From positions 64,098 to 128,097 of the forward strand of contig CAYOPZ010000001.1 in the NCBI GenBank assembly GCA_964406005.1: 64,000 nt of DNA, given 5' to 3'. The DNA comes from an uncultured Bacteroidaceae bacterium (GTDB lineage Bacteria > Bacteroidota > Bacteroidia > Bacteroidales > SM23-62). Shown here one piece after another: positions 1 through 7,868 of this stretch (position 1 is its first letter; each line of letters starts with the position of its first letter). The notes below the pieces were generated by a model. It ran no database searches. It worked only from the letters and a program-made list of their open reading frames with translations, and was not told the origin of the DNA. A program made the translations under genes and the position numbers.

Positions 1-1116
1 GTTCCCTTCCAGGTAGTTGCGCATTTCCCCGTGGGCGCCTGACACCTCGAGCCAGAGCCTGGAGGCAATCCCGGCGCCCAAAAGATACTCCGGGATCATC
101 CTTCTGCCGGTCCCCTTTTCCGTGACCTCCACCTGGGTGTTCAGATATGTCCCCAGGTACAGGTTCAGGTTTCCCCCTGGAAAAAGTGTGAATCCGCTTC
201 GCAGGAGTATCTGGTCAGCCCCGTTCAGGTTCGAATAGTACCCGCCGAGGGCAATATCCAGTGGACCTGCAGTCTGCTTCAGCGCCAGCCCTCCGGCAAA
301 ATCGGAGGCATGCCGTTCGGTCATCGAGACCTGGCTTTGGGACCCGAACCCGTTTCCTCCCTCGCTGATCACCTGGTAGCGTATCCCCAGGTAATGGAAT
401 GAGGGCGAGGCTGTGAATCCACTGCCCAGGGAGAAGGAAGGAGACAGGTAATACTGGTGCTGGCTTACCTTTCGTCCGTCAACGGTGGTTACTGTCAGGC
501 CGTCGTGATAATACAAAAAATCGGTTTTGTTCAGCCGGGTATAGGCCTGTATGACCGAGATGCCCGGCCCGACCCTTTGCTGCAGGCTGAAGCTGGCATT
601 GTGGTAGTTCCTTGTTATGACCTGATACCCGTATGAATAGTCCCCGAAATAATCCTCCGCCCCTTCAGCAAGATCGTCATTCTGCACCCTGCTGTAAAGG
701 TATTCGGCAGACACGGATTCGATGAATTTTGAATCTTCCGGGGGAAGCTTATCTTCCAGTATCCCCGTAAAGGATTTCTTCAGTATTCCGGCCCGGGCTG
801 TCTGTCCGCTGTAAAGATAACTGTAATAAAGATATTCCAGTGCGACGGGATCCCCTCCGCTGAATTCCAGGGCCTTGTTGAAGTGGCCGGCGGCTGCCCG
901 GTAATTTTGCCGTTCAAAATAAGCGATCCCTATCCGCATCCGCAGGTAATAATAATCCACATCCTTCCGGATGGCCTGTTTCCCCTCGTATACCAGCCGG
1001 TCCCAGTCTCCTTCGAGGTACCTGGCATAGGTGGAGGAATCAATCTCGGTAAAAGACTGCGGGAAGGCGTTTCCGGCCGCAATGCCCGCAAGCAGTATTA
1101 TAAGCGCTCTATGCAT
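1..1116 (-). CDS. Secreted TPR-repeat / beta-strand-rich (outer-membrane-like) protein; C-terminus lies beyond the left window edge
   Basis: The ORF track omits it because it is open-ended. I checked all 372 plus-strand triplets from 1 to 1116 and found no in-frame minus-strand stop. Translation from the ATG at 1116-1114 gives MHRALIILLAGIAAGNAFPQ (signal-peptide-like). A TPR-like stretch follows (YYYLRMRIGIAYFERQNYRAAAGHFNKALE), then Y/G/S-rich alternating segments. The start overlaps the upstream gene stop by 19 nt. Confidence 0.6.
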   Translation of the reverse strand, partial: MHRALIILLAGIAAGNAFPQSFTEIDSSTYARYLEGDWDRLVYEGKQAIRKDVDYYYLRMRIGIAYFERQNYRAAAGHFNKALEFSGGDPVALEYLYYSYLYSGQTARAGILKKSFTGILEDKLPPEDSKFIESVSAEYLYSRVQNDDLAEGAEDYFGDYSYGYQVITRNYHNASFSLQQRVGPGISVIQAYTRLNKTDFLYYHDGLTVTTVDGRKVSQHQYYLSPSFSLGSGFTASPSFHYLGIRYQVISEGGNGFGSQSQVSMTERHASDFAGGLALKQTAGPLDIALGGYYSNLNGADQILLRSGFTLFPGGNLNLYLGTYLNTQVEVTEKGTGRRMIPEYLLGAGIASRLWLEVSGAHGEMRNYLEGN

Positions 1117-3296
1117 TTTGCCCTGATATTGAATTTTTCGCCGTTTATTTCGAGCCGGCTGATCCCCTGTTCGGTGAAGGAAACTATGAAATCTATCCGT
1201 TTCAGCACATGTCCCAGAATAAGATTGACTGCCGATGATTCAAGCCGTATCTCCGTTGCCGAAACCTCGTTGTCTATCCAGGCATATCTGAGCTGAAATT
1301 CAGCATCCAGGAATTTCCAGAACGGAGCCAGGAAATCCTGCAGGCTCAGAAACGGCTGTCTGAACAACAGATTCAGGGGATACCTGTCCTTCAGAACCAT
1401 GTCCTGGTAAAATCCCGATTGCAGCTTGAAGCATGCAAGGAATAAGTAATACAGCAACGAGGTCTTGTCACCCTGGAAGTGCGTGAAAAACAAAAGGTTT
1501 CCGTCATTCGTGAAATATGCCCTGGAGCGGGTGCCCGCGCAGGATATACAGGTGTTGTTATAGGGATCCGTCAGTACCTCCCAGTTTTCCCGGCGGCTGC
1601 TTCCGTTACCGATGATGCCGAAACTCATCTTTTCCCCTGGGATCAGGTGCATGGCCTTTTTCAGCAGGTCGTGATTTTCAATATTCGAAACCTTATCATC
1701 TTTCTGGGGATAGTCAAAGGAAGACAGTCTGAATCTCTCATCCTCGTGAAGTATGTAATGGCTGAAAGGGTAGTCCAACGTAACGGAACCTGTGTAGGGA
1801 GTGGACTGGAACTGGAAATGCAGGTGCGGATATGGGGACCTTCCGGAATTTCCGCAACGCCCCAGGACATCCCCTTCCTTTACCCTTTCTCCCGGTTTTA
1901 CCGTTACGGATCCCGGTTTCAGATGGCTCATGGATGTAAAAAGGTAGTCCGAATGCCTTATGATCACTGTATTCCCCCAGTTGTTCTTCAGGTTCACATC
2001 CCCTATGGTGTTGTCGGGAATTTCATCCGTGACATGTTCTACCGTACCTTCTGCCGGTGCCAGGACCTGCTTGTCATAACAGTAGTAATCCTCCGGGCGG
2101 TCCCCGCTTCCGGAATATTGCCCTCCTTCGGTGCCGGTAATCACAAAATCCCATGCATGGCGGAATTCGTCCTTGTGTGTGTGTTCTCCGTCATGGGCCT
2201 GGGAGACGGTCCAGATCCCGTAAAAGGGAAGTCTGACGGGGATCTTGTCCGCGTGCCGGAAACGGATAAGATCGTTGTGGAAGGAGTAGAGGTTCTTCTC
2301 GGGAGTGTTTTGCTGAATACGGACCTCTGAAAGTCTTTCGGAAGCTTTCGCCCTGAATTTCAACGCATAAAGGAATAACAATACAACCACGTTGAACGGA
2401 AGGGAATAGACGGGCAGACTGAAAACCTGAAATATGCCTGAGACACTGATGGTCACCATGGCCACCATGGGTATCAGTATCAGCACCCACAGGTAGGAAC
2501 GGCGGGAGGGAACGATAAAAAACCCTCCCAGGGCGATGGAGGTGAGAATGTAATTGAATCCTATGTAACTGTAGGAAATCTCCGAAATATTGGCGCCTAT
2601 GACCTGGTAAAATACATAGGCCGTATAAAATCCGAGTAGTGAAAGGGTGAAGGATATACGGGAATAATAAAGCAGCCCTATAGCCAGTATCAATCCGGAC
2701 AAAACACTGTACTGGAAAAGAATGGCGCCCAGCGAGATAAGGTATATCCTGAGTGACCGGGTGATCTGCAGACCGTTCCACCACTCGTAAACCGATACAA
2801 GGGTGCTTCCCCCTACGGTATACAGGTCATTTAATGTAAAGATCCCTCTTTCGCTGATCCCCAGCGTTGCAAATTCCCTGGTGGCCAGTGTCATGATCCA
2901 GATTGACAGCAGGAAGGGTATGCTCAGGAAAGGAAGGGCGTATTTCCCGATCACTCCTTGCATGGAAACAGAAACGAGCAGCGTCAGCACGGCCGAAAGT
3001 ATTACAACAAAAACAAGCAGGGGGCCGGGTTGAAAATAAATACCCAGGCCCAGGCCAACAAGCAGGCTGTTGAAACCGAAAAGACCCCTGGAAACGTTCC
3101 TCCTGTCAAAACCCAGCAAAAAGCCTGCAAGATTAGTCGTCAGTACGGAAAGAAGTCCCAGGGAGCCTGCATAGACATCGAAGAAAGTAATCAGAACAAG
3201 GATCAGGGCAAAAAGTCTGTTGTCGGAGAAAAATACCTGTGAATACGAGTTGGCCATCCCTGTCAGAAAAAGCCTGATGTCTTCCCTTTTGATCAT
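1098..3296 (-). CDS. Three-part fusion: urea-transporter (UT)-like polytopic membrane domain, M23 metallopeptidase domain, and an unknown C-terminal domain of about 230 aa
   Basis: 732-aa ORF with an ATG start. The N-terminus (MANSYSQVFFSDNRLFALIL plus many hydrophobic helices) resembles the UT family. The middle carries M23 motifs: RHAWDF, WGNTVIIRH, SHL and GNSGRSPYPHLHFQF (HxH). I do not recognise the C-terminal third. Confidence 0.8.
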   Translation of the reverse strand: MIKREDIRLFLTGMANSYSQVFFSDNRLFALILVLITFFDVYAGSLGLLSVLTTNLAGFLLGFDRRNVSRGLFGFNSLLVGLGLGIYFQPGPLLVFVVILSAVLTLLVSVSMQGVIGKYALPFLSIPFLLSIWIMTLATREFATLGISERGIFTLNDLYTVGGSTLVSVYEWWNGLQITRSLRIYLISLGAILFQYSVLSGLILAIGLLYYSRISFTLSLLGFYTAYVFYQVIGANISEISYSYIGFNYILTSIALGGFFIVPSRRSYLWVLILIPMVAMVTISVSGIFQVFSLPVYSLPFNVVVLLFLYALKFRAKASERLSEVRIQQNTPEKNLYSFHNDLIRFRHADKIPVRLPFYGIWTVSQAHDGEHTHKDEFRHAWDFVITGTEGGQYSGSGDRPEDYYCYDKQVLAPAEGTVEHVTDEIPDNTIGDVNLKNNWGNTVIIRHSDYLFTSMSHLKPGSVTVKPGERVKEGDVLGRCGNSGRSPYPHLHFQFQSTPYTGSVTLDYPFSHYILHEDERFRLSSFDYPQKDDKVSNIENHDLLKKAMHLIPGEKMSFGIIGNGSSRRENWEVLTDPYNNTCISCAGTRSRAYFTNDGNLLFFTHFQGDKTSLLYYLFLACFKLQSGFYQDMVLKDRYPLNLLFRQPFLSLQDFLAPFWKFLDAEFQLRYAWIDNEVSATEIRLESSAVNLILGHVLKRIDFIVSFTEQGISRLEINGEKFNIRAKCIERL

Positions 3297-3312
3297 GCAG
3301 TAGTGCGTTTTT

Positions 3313-4659
3313 TCACTTCAAATGCCCGGGGATCGTCTCCTGTTGCGTGATGTTTTCAATGGTTTCCCGTTTCCGGATGACATACGTTTTCCCGTCTTTG
3401 CCGATCAGGACAACATTGGGCCGCAGGGTGATGAACTGCATCCACTGTGTCATGTTATATGCACCTACCCGCCTGATCACAAAAGGATCGCCCTTCTTCA
3501 GAAGGGGAAAGGCGATGGCATCCCTGATCACATCAATGTTCATACATAGGGGACCGTACAGGGTTGTCTCCTCGAGATGCTCCGAGACAGGCACTGCGGG
3601 ATACACTTCATGTTCGTACCAGAAGGATGTGAACAACAGGTTTACCCCCACATCCACTATGGTTGCCCTGTTACCTCCCGACAGCCGTTTGTTTGCAATC
3701 ACCGATCCCAGAAGAAATCCCGCATCGTCTATCAGGGCGCGTCCGGTTTCAAGGATCAGTATGGGAAGGTTGTGGGGATCCAGCTCGGAATTCAGCAATC
3801 CGGAAGTAATCGCCTCGGCATACTCTTCGAAGGAAGGTGTGGTATCCGTGCCCGGATAATAGGCTCCTTTCAGCGTGTTTCGGGATGCAAAACCTCCGCC
3901 CATATCGATGTATTTGATATGAATCCCGTACTTCTTATGGACACCATGGGCAAGGTCCGCCAGCTTTCCCGCTGCGAGACCGTATGCATCGGACGACATC
4001 ATATAGGTCCCTATATGGGCGTGGATCCCGGCAAGCTCGATCCTGTCATTGATCATGATCCGGTTTATTGCTTCCCATGCATCCCCGTTTTCATAATTGA
4101 ATCCGAAACGGTCCCACATCGGGTACACTCCCGTATCCATGTTCACCCGGACGGCCACCCTGGGTTTTTTCCCCTGGTTCTCCGCAAGCGCCAGGATTGA
4201 ATACATCTCGTCAAAATGGTCGATATGGATAAATGAGTCGTTCCCGATGGCCTTCTTCAGGCCCTCATCCGTCTTGTCCGGACCGTTGAACAGGATCTGG
4301 CTTCCCTTCACCCCGTTGTGTACCGCCTTGTCGTACTCGAAATCCGAAACCACCTCCGCCCATGATCCTTCCTGGTGAAAGATACGGCAAACAGCATCCA
4401 GGTAATTGGTCTTATAGGACCAGGCAAACTGTATCCTCGGGTAGCGGCTCGAAAAAGCATTTTTTGCCCTGCGGTAAGTCTCCCGCATGGTTTTTTCGGA
4501 GATCACGAACAGGGGTGATCCGAACTCTCCGAGCAGGTCTGATACGGAGTGATCTTCAATATGGGTAACCGGTTCCATACGTGTTTTCATACCGAACTTT
4601 CCCGGCATCCCTGCCTGGAGCCTCTTTATATAAGGTCTTTCAAAAGGTTTTTTGGCCAT
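3313..4659 (-). CDS. PLP-dependent decarboxylase, Orn/Lys/Arg/DAP decarboxylase family (fold-type III)
   Basis: 448-aa ORF. Motifs are SYKTN (PLP lysine position), IDMGGGF, ETGRALI and YGPLCMNID. The substrate cannot be read from the sequence. Confidence 0.8.
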   Translation of the reverse strand: MAKKPFERPYIKRLQAGMPGKFGMKTRMEPVTHIEDHSVSDLLGEFGSPLFVISEKTMRETYRRAKNAFSSRYPRIQFAWSYKTNYLDAVCRIFHQEGSWAEVVSDFEYDKAVHNGVKGSQILFNGPDKTDEGLKKAIGNDSFIHIDHFDEMYSILALAENQGKKPRVAVRVNMDTGVYPMWDRFGFNYENGDAWEAINRIMINDRIELAGIHAHIGTYMMSSDAYGLAAGKLADLAHGVHKKYGIHIKYIDMGGGFASRNTLKGAYYPGTDTTPSFEEYAEAITSGLLNSELDPHNLPILILETGRALIDDAGFLLGSVIANKRLSGGNRATIVDVGVNLLFTSFWYEHEVYPAVPVSEHLEETTLYGPLCMNIDVIRDAIAFPLLKKGDPFVIRRVGAYNMTQWMQFITLRPNVVLIGKDGKTYVIRKRETIENITQQETIPGHLK

Positions 4660-4671
4660 GGTTTGTTTTTT

Positions 4672-5718
4672 TTATAATTCTCCAAGTGCCGAGAGCTTTT
4701 CAAATTCCCCGACATCCGTGATCAGGTCGTAGGAATACCTGATGAACATTTTTCCCGTCTCGTATTTCGTGTAGGTTTTCACGTCCATACCCAGCGCCAG
4801 TTTTACCAGCGCTTCTGGCAGGTTCTGTCCCGCACCGACCGCCAGGTACACCCATGCCGGTATGCGCGGGTTTATCTCTATGACATACAATTCGTTTTCA
4901 TGCGATTTAATGATCTCCAGTTCCATGCCTCCCCTCCATTTCATGTCTGAAATGAGCTTGCGGGTCATTTCGAGCAATCTATCGTCATCCAGCGTGATCC
5001 CCGCCCATGCTTTCCCTTTGTCCGTAATATACTGCTTACGCATGGGTACCGCTCCGATTGTATTCCCTTTCCCGTCGCCAAGGGCTGCTACATTGACCTC
5101 GGTGCCCCGGACATACTCCTGTATGATCACCGGGAGCCCCCATTTGGCAACGATCTCGTTATAATGCATTTTTACCTGTTCGGGATTATAGGCCAGGTAG
5201 GCATCATAAAATTTACCCTTGACCATCAGGGGGTACTCGAAATCCTCTTTCAGTTCCCCGATTTCCTTGTGGCTGGAAACGGGCTTGCTGAACGGAACCC
5301 TGAGACCGTATTTCTTCCCGAAAACCGGGAGATTGGACTTATGCCTTTCCTCGAATTGCCCGAGGGTAGGCAAAAAAGTGCAAATCCCCGCATTTTTCAG
5401 CCTGCCCTCCGATTTCATGAAAGCATACAATTCGGCATCGAAATTCGGGATCAGCAGGTCAATGCGGTCCTTCCCGTGTATTTCCAATATCCGTTGAACA
5501 AGAACATCCGTGCCGTCAGAGGGATAAGGTACCCTGTAGCTCCTGTCCACCACACCGTGCATATAAACGGCAGGCTCGAGGTTTTCATAGGCCAGCCCGA
5601 CGATGCGGGCCTTAAAATCCTGTGATTCACGGATGCCCCTTATGACCGGCACCCCCGGGCCCGGGTTGTCCGTATTGTTAAGTCCGGTCAGCGCAACTGT
5701 GATCTTCTTCCTATTCAT
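4672..5718 (-). CDS. ATP-grasp domain ligase (carboxylate-amine/peptide ligase type)
   Basis: The layout resembles ATP-grasp enzymes: YPLMVKGKFYDA, IIQEYVRGTEVNV, ELYVIEINPRIPAW. I prefer the ATG at 5718 (MNRKKITVAL) over the TTG at 5727 used in the ORF track. This ATG overlaps the last codons of the upstream PqqD-like gene. Confidence 0.75.
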   Translation of the reverse strand: MNRKKITVALTGLNNTDNPGPGVPVIRGIRESQDFKARIVGLAYENLEPAVYMHGVVDRSYRVPYPSDGTDVLVQRILEIHGKDRIDLLIPNFDAELYAFMKSEGRLKNAGICTFLPTLGQFEERHKSNLPVFGKKYGLRVPFSKPVSSHKEIGELKEDFEYPLMVKGKFYDAYLAYNPEQVKMHYNEIVAKWGLPVIIQEYVRGTEVNVAALGDGKGNTIGAVPMRKQYITDKGKAWAGITLDDDRLLEMTRKLISDMKWRGGMELEIIKSHENELYVIEINPRIPAWVYLAVGAGQNLPEALVKLALGMDVKTYTKYETGKMFIRYSYDLITDVGEFEKLSALGEL

Positions 5719-5959
5719 CTTCCTCAATCAGCCGGAATTGCCGCAGCATTCCTATGAAATCATAGTAATATTTTTCAAAACCGGCGATGTCTATTTCGTA
5801 CTTACCGGTCATGGCTTCAGAGATTTGCTCTGCAGATTTTCCCTCCTTCAGGTGCTGAAGAATCTCCCGGCCGACAGGATTGACCGAGTAGGATTCCCCG
5901 CTGGTCGGATCGAATATAAAACCGTTCTCGCTGACGGCCATATTGCTTTTTATTTTCAT
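5711..5959 (-). CDS. PqqD-family small protein (peptide chaperone / RRE-like)
   Basis: 82 aa. VNPVGREILQHLKEGKSAEQISEAMTGKYEIDIAGFEKYYYDFIGMLRQFRLIEE matches the PqqD-fold pattern I know (ligand-binding beta strands followed by a winged-helix-like helical part). It is the first gene of the operon. Confidence 0.65.
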   Translation of the reverse strand: MKIKSNMAVSENGFIFDPTSGESYSVNPVGREILQHLKEGKSAEQISEAMTGKYEIDIAGFEKYYYDFIGMLRQFRLIEEDE

Positions 5960-6071
5960 GTGTAAGTGTTATGATAAAATCGGCATTATTCACCTGCCCG
6001 CAACCTGATACACACATGACATTGCTTCCACCCGTATATTTTCGCTATAATTTAATGATTTTATCCGGAAT

Positions 6072-6620
6072 TTATTCCAGTCCGCTGCGGGATGCATGAA
6101 TATACCAGGCCTTCCTGTGATTCATTGATGCCTTGAGCAGATTCTGGTAGACCATACGAATATCCTCATTGTCAACCTCCCTGTCCAGTGCATCTTCCAG
6201 GTCGGCAATGTCCATATCCTCAATCTGCAAACCTGCCCTGACGGCATCCTCATACGAAGCACTCCCTTCTTCTACCAGCCTTATATAAAGATCCCTGAAC
6301 CGGGGGTCAGAGAATTCCCCGGTTTTGTGATTTTCGGCCGGGTCTTTCAGTTCATACCTGTCTAACAGAGCCTTTACCGAAGACGTATGCTGTTTCTCGC
6401 TCTCCCTGATGTTTTTAAACGCAGGTAATGTGTATTTTTCTGAAAATGCAAGGTAGACATCATGTGCCAGGAATTCCTCCTCCCTCATTTGCCTGAGGCT
6501 TTGTATTTCCTCCCGGGACAGATCTTCTTTGGAAAGCCCCGTTAAACACTGGGCATCGGTCGCGGCATGCATGTGCAGCGCCAGGACAAACACGATAAAT
6601 GTAAATCTGTACGTTTTCAT
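6072..6620 (-). CDS. Secreted ferritin-like DUF2202-type protein
   Basis: It has a signal peptide. REEEFLAHDVYLAFSEKYTLPAFKNIRESEKQHTSSVKALLDRY matches the DUF2202 ferritin-like pattern from memory. Confidence 0.6.
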   Translation of the reverse strand: MKTYRFTFIVFVLALHMHAATDAQCLTGLSKEDLSREEIQSLRQMREEEFLAHDVYLAFSEKYTLPAFKNIRESEKQHTSSVKALLDRYELKDPAENHKTGEFSDPRFRDLYIRLVEEGSASYEDAVRAGLQIEDMDIADLEDALDREVDNEDIRMVYQNLLKASMNHRKAWYIHASRSGLE

Positions 6621-6818
6621 ATTTTGATTTTTTAAAGGTGAATTCTCATATTAGACCATGAGACTATAAAACGGTTTATTTATATATTTCTATATTTATA
6701 TGTTTTAAAACATTCCGTTGCGTACATTTTTATAAATGAAATATTAAACCTTTTCCAATTATAATTGTCCTATAGGATAAAAAAGATCTCTCCGGTCAAC
6801 TTCAAAAAAAACGAATCA

Positions 6819-7469
6819 ATGAAAAAGCAATCCGTCCTCCTTCGTTCACTGTCTTTATCAATGCTGGTATTTTTAGTCATGACCGCCTGTGCGCAAACTC
6901 CGGATACGGAAATCGACAGGAAGGTTCGGGCTTTCCTGGACAGTAATCCGAGAAGAAATTACAATATGAATGTCCCCCGGGCAGACGGAAAATTGTTGCA
7001 CGATATAATCCTTGAAAACAACTATAAAAGCGCCCTGGAGATCGGTACGTCAACGGGCGTATCCGGAATATGGATCGCCTGGGCCCTCAGCAAGACAGGA
7101 GGGAAGCTGATCACCGTCGAGATCGATGAAAACCGTTACAGACAGGCCCTGGAGAATTTCGAGAAGGTGGGCCTTTCCGACTATATAGATGCCAGGCTGG
7201 CCGATGCGCATGACCTGGTGCCCGCCCTTGAGGGGCCCTTCGATTTCGTTTTCAGCGATGCCGACAAGAACTGGTACCGGAATTACTTCATTGCGGTCGA
7301 TCCGAAGCTGGTTGTGAACGGATGCTACGCCACGCACAATGTTTCCGACAGGGGCTACAGACAGAACTCGGCTTACCTGGATTTCCTGAGACAGCTCCCC
7401 AATTATGAAACCACCGTTAATAACAACGGATCGGGAATGGCCATCTCTTACAAGAAATCGGCAAAATAA
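6819..7469 (+). CDS. Secreted class I SAM-dependent O-methyltransferase (caffeoyl-CoA OMT-like family 3)
   Basis: LEIGTSTGVSGIWIAWAL is a SAM-binding glycine-rich motif, followed by FDFVFSDADK. I prefer the ATG at 6819 (MKKQSVLLRSLSLSMLVFLVMTACAQ, signal or lipoprotein-like) over the TTG at 6765. Confidence 0.7.
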   Translation: MKKQSVLLRSLSLSMLVFLVMTACAQTPDTEIDRKVRAFLDSNPRRNYNMNVPRADGKLLHDIILENNYKSALEIGTSTGVSGIWIAWALSKTGGKLITVEIDENRYRQALENFEKVGLSDYIDARLADAHDLVPALEGPFDFVFSDADKNWYRNYFIAVDPKLVVNGCYATHNVSDRGYRQNSAYLDFLRQLPNYETTVNNNGSGMAISYKKSAK

Positions 7470-7475
7470 ACCGGG

Positions 7476-7838
7476 TTACCTGTCATCGTTATGACCGTCA
7501 TTCTCTTCCCGGTCATATTTGCAGCACAGGGGTAATTTGTCATAGGCCTCCTGGCTGGCTTTGAACATTTCGGTATCGTGGCCCGCATCTGCAATGGCCA
7601 TATGGATCTTTTGCAGGTCTGCCTTCCCCGGGTCAAAGGTGACTTCAAACATTTTTGACTCGATGTTCCAGTCTGCAGATTTTACGCCATCAACAGAACC
7701 GGCGGCCTTTTCAATACGCGCCTTGCACATTTCGCAATTCCCGCTCACCCTGAACTTTTCCGTTTTCACATCCTGTGCAAAGGCTGAAATTCCGAATGCC
7801 ATAAGCATCATTAAACTCAGTAAAATTCTTGTCTTCAT
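7476..7838 (-). CDS. Periplasmic heavy-metal-associated (HMA-like) domain protein
   Basis: Signal peptide MKTRILLSLMMLMAFGISAFA starts at the ATG at 7838. It carries an HMA-like FRVSGNCEMCKARIEKAAGSVDGV and a C-terminal LCCKYD. It sits immediately downstream of the Cu ATPase. Confidence 0.7.
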   Translation of the reverse strand: MKTRILLSLMMLMAFGISAFAQDVKTEKFRVSGNCEMCKARIEKAAGSVDGVKSADWNIESKMFEVTFDPGKADLQKIHMAIADAGHDTEMFKASQEAYDKLPLCCKYDREENDGHNDDR

Positions 7839-7868
7839 GATTAAAATATTTAGGTTAAACATCATTCC

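Noticed and set aside
883-1296. The plus-strand 137-aa ORF and the 17-238 plus-strand ORF at the left edge.
   Set aside because: Both are overlapped by a 372-codon open minus-strand frame that has a signal peptide and a TPR-like motif and is coupled to the upstream gene. The plus-strand translations are Pro/Ser/Ile-rich with no motifs.
1479-2330. Long antisense ORFs listed in the track: 1479-2330 (+), 30258-31085 (+), 32389-33309 (+), 41014-41628 (-), 44240-44986 (-), 46718-47368 (-), 50466-51119 (+), 51170-51751 (-) and 57212-57988 (+).
   Set aside because: Each lies fully inside, and opposite to, a longer ORF with clear family motifs. Their translations are low-complexity (Arg/Pro/Gly/His-rich) with no recognisable motifs. 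They are typical shadow ORFs.
5817-6017. A 66-aa minus-strand ORF (MCVSGCGQVNNADF...) upstream of and overlapping the PqqD-like gene, considered as a possible RiPP precursor peptide.
   Set aside because: About 140 nt of it overlap the PqqD-like gene in another frame. It has no leader/core-like organisation, and the non-overlapping part is only about 20 codons. The alternative 10-codon ORF (MSCVYQVAGR) is too short to support. No precursor is called.
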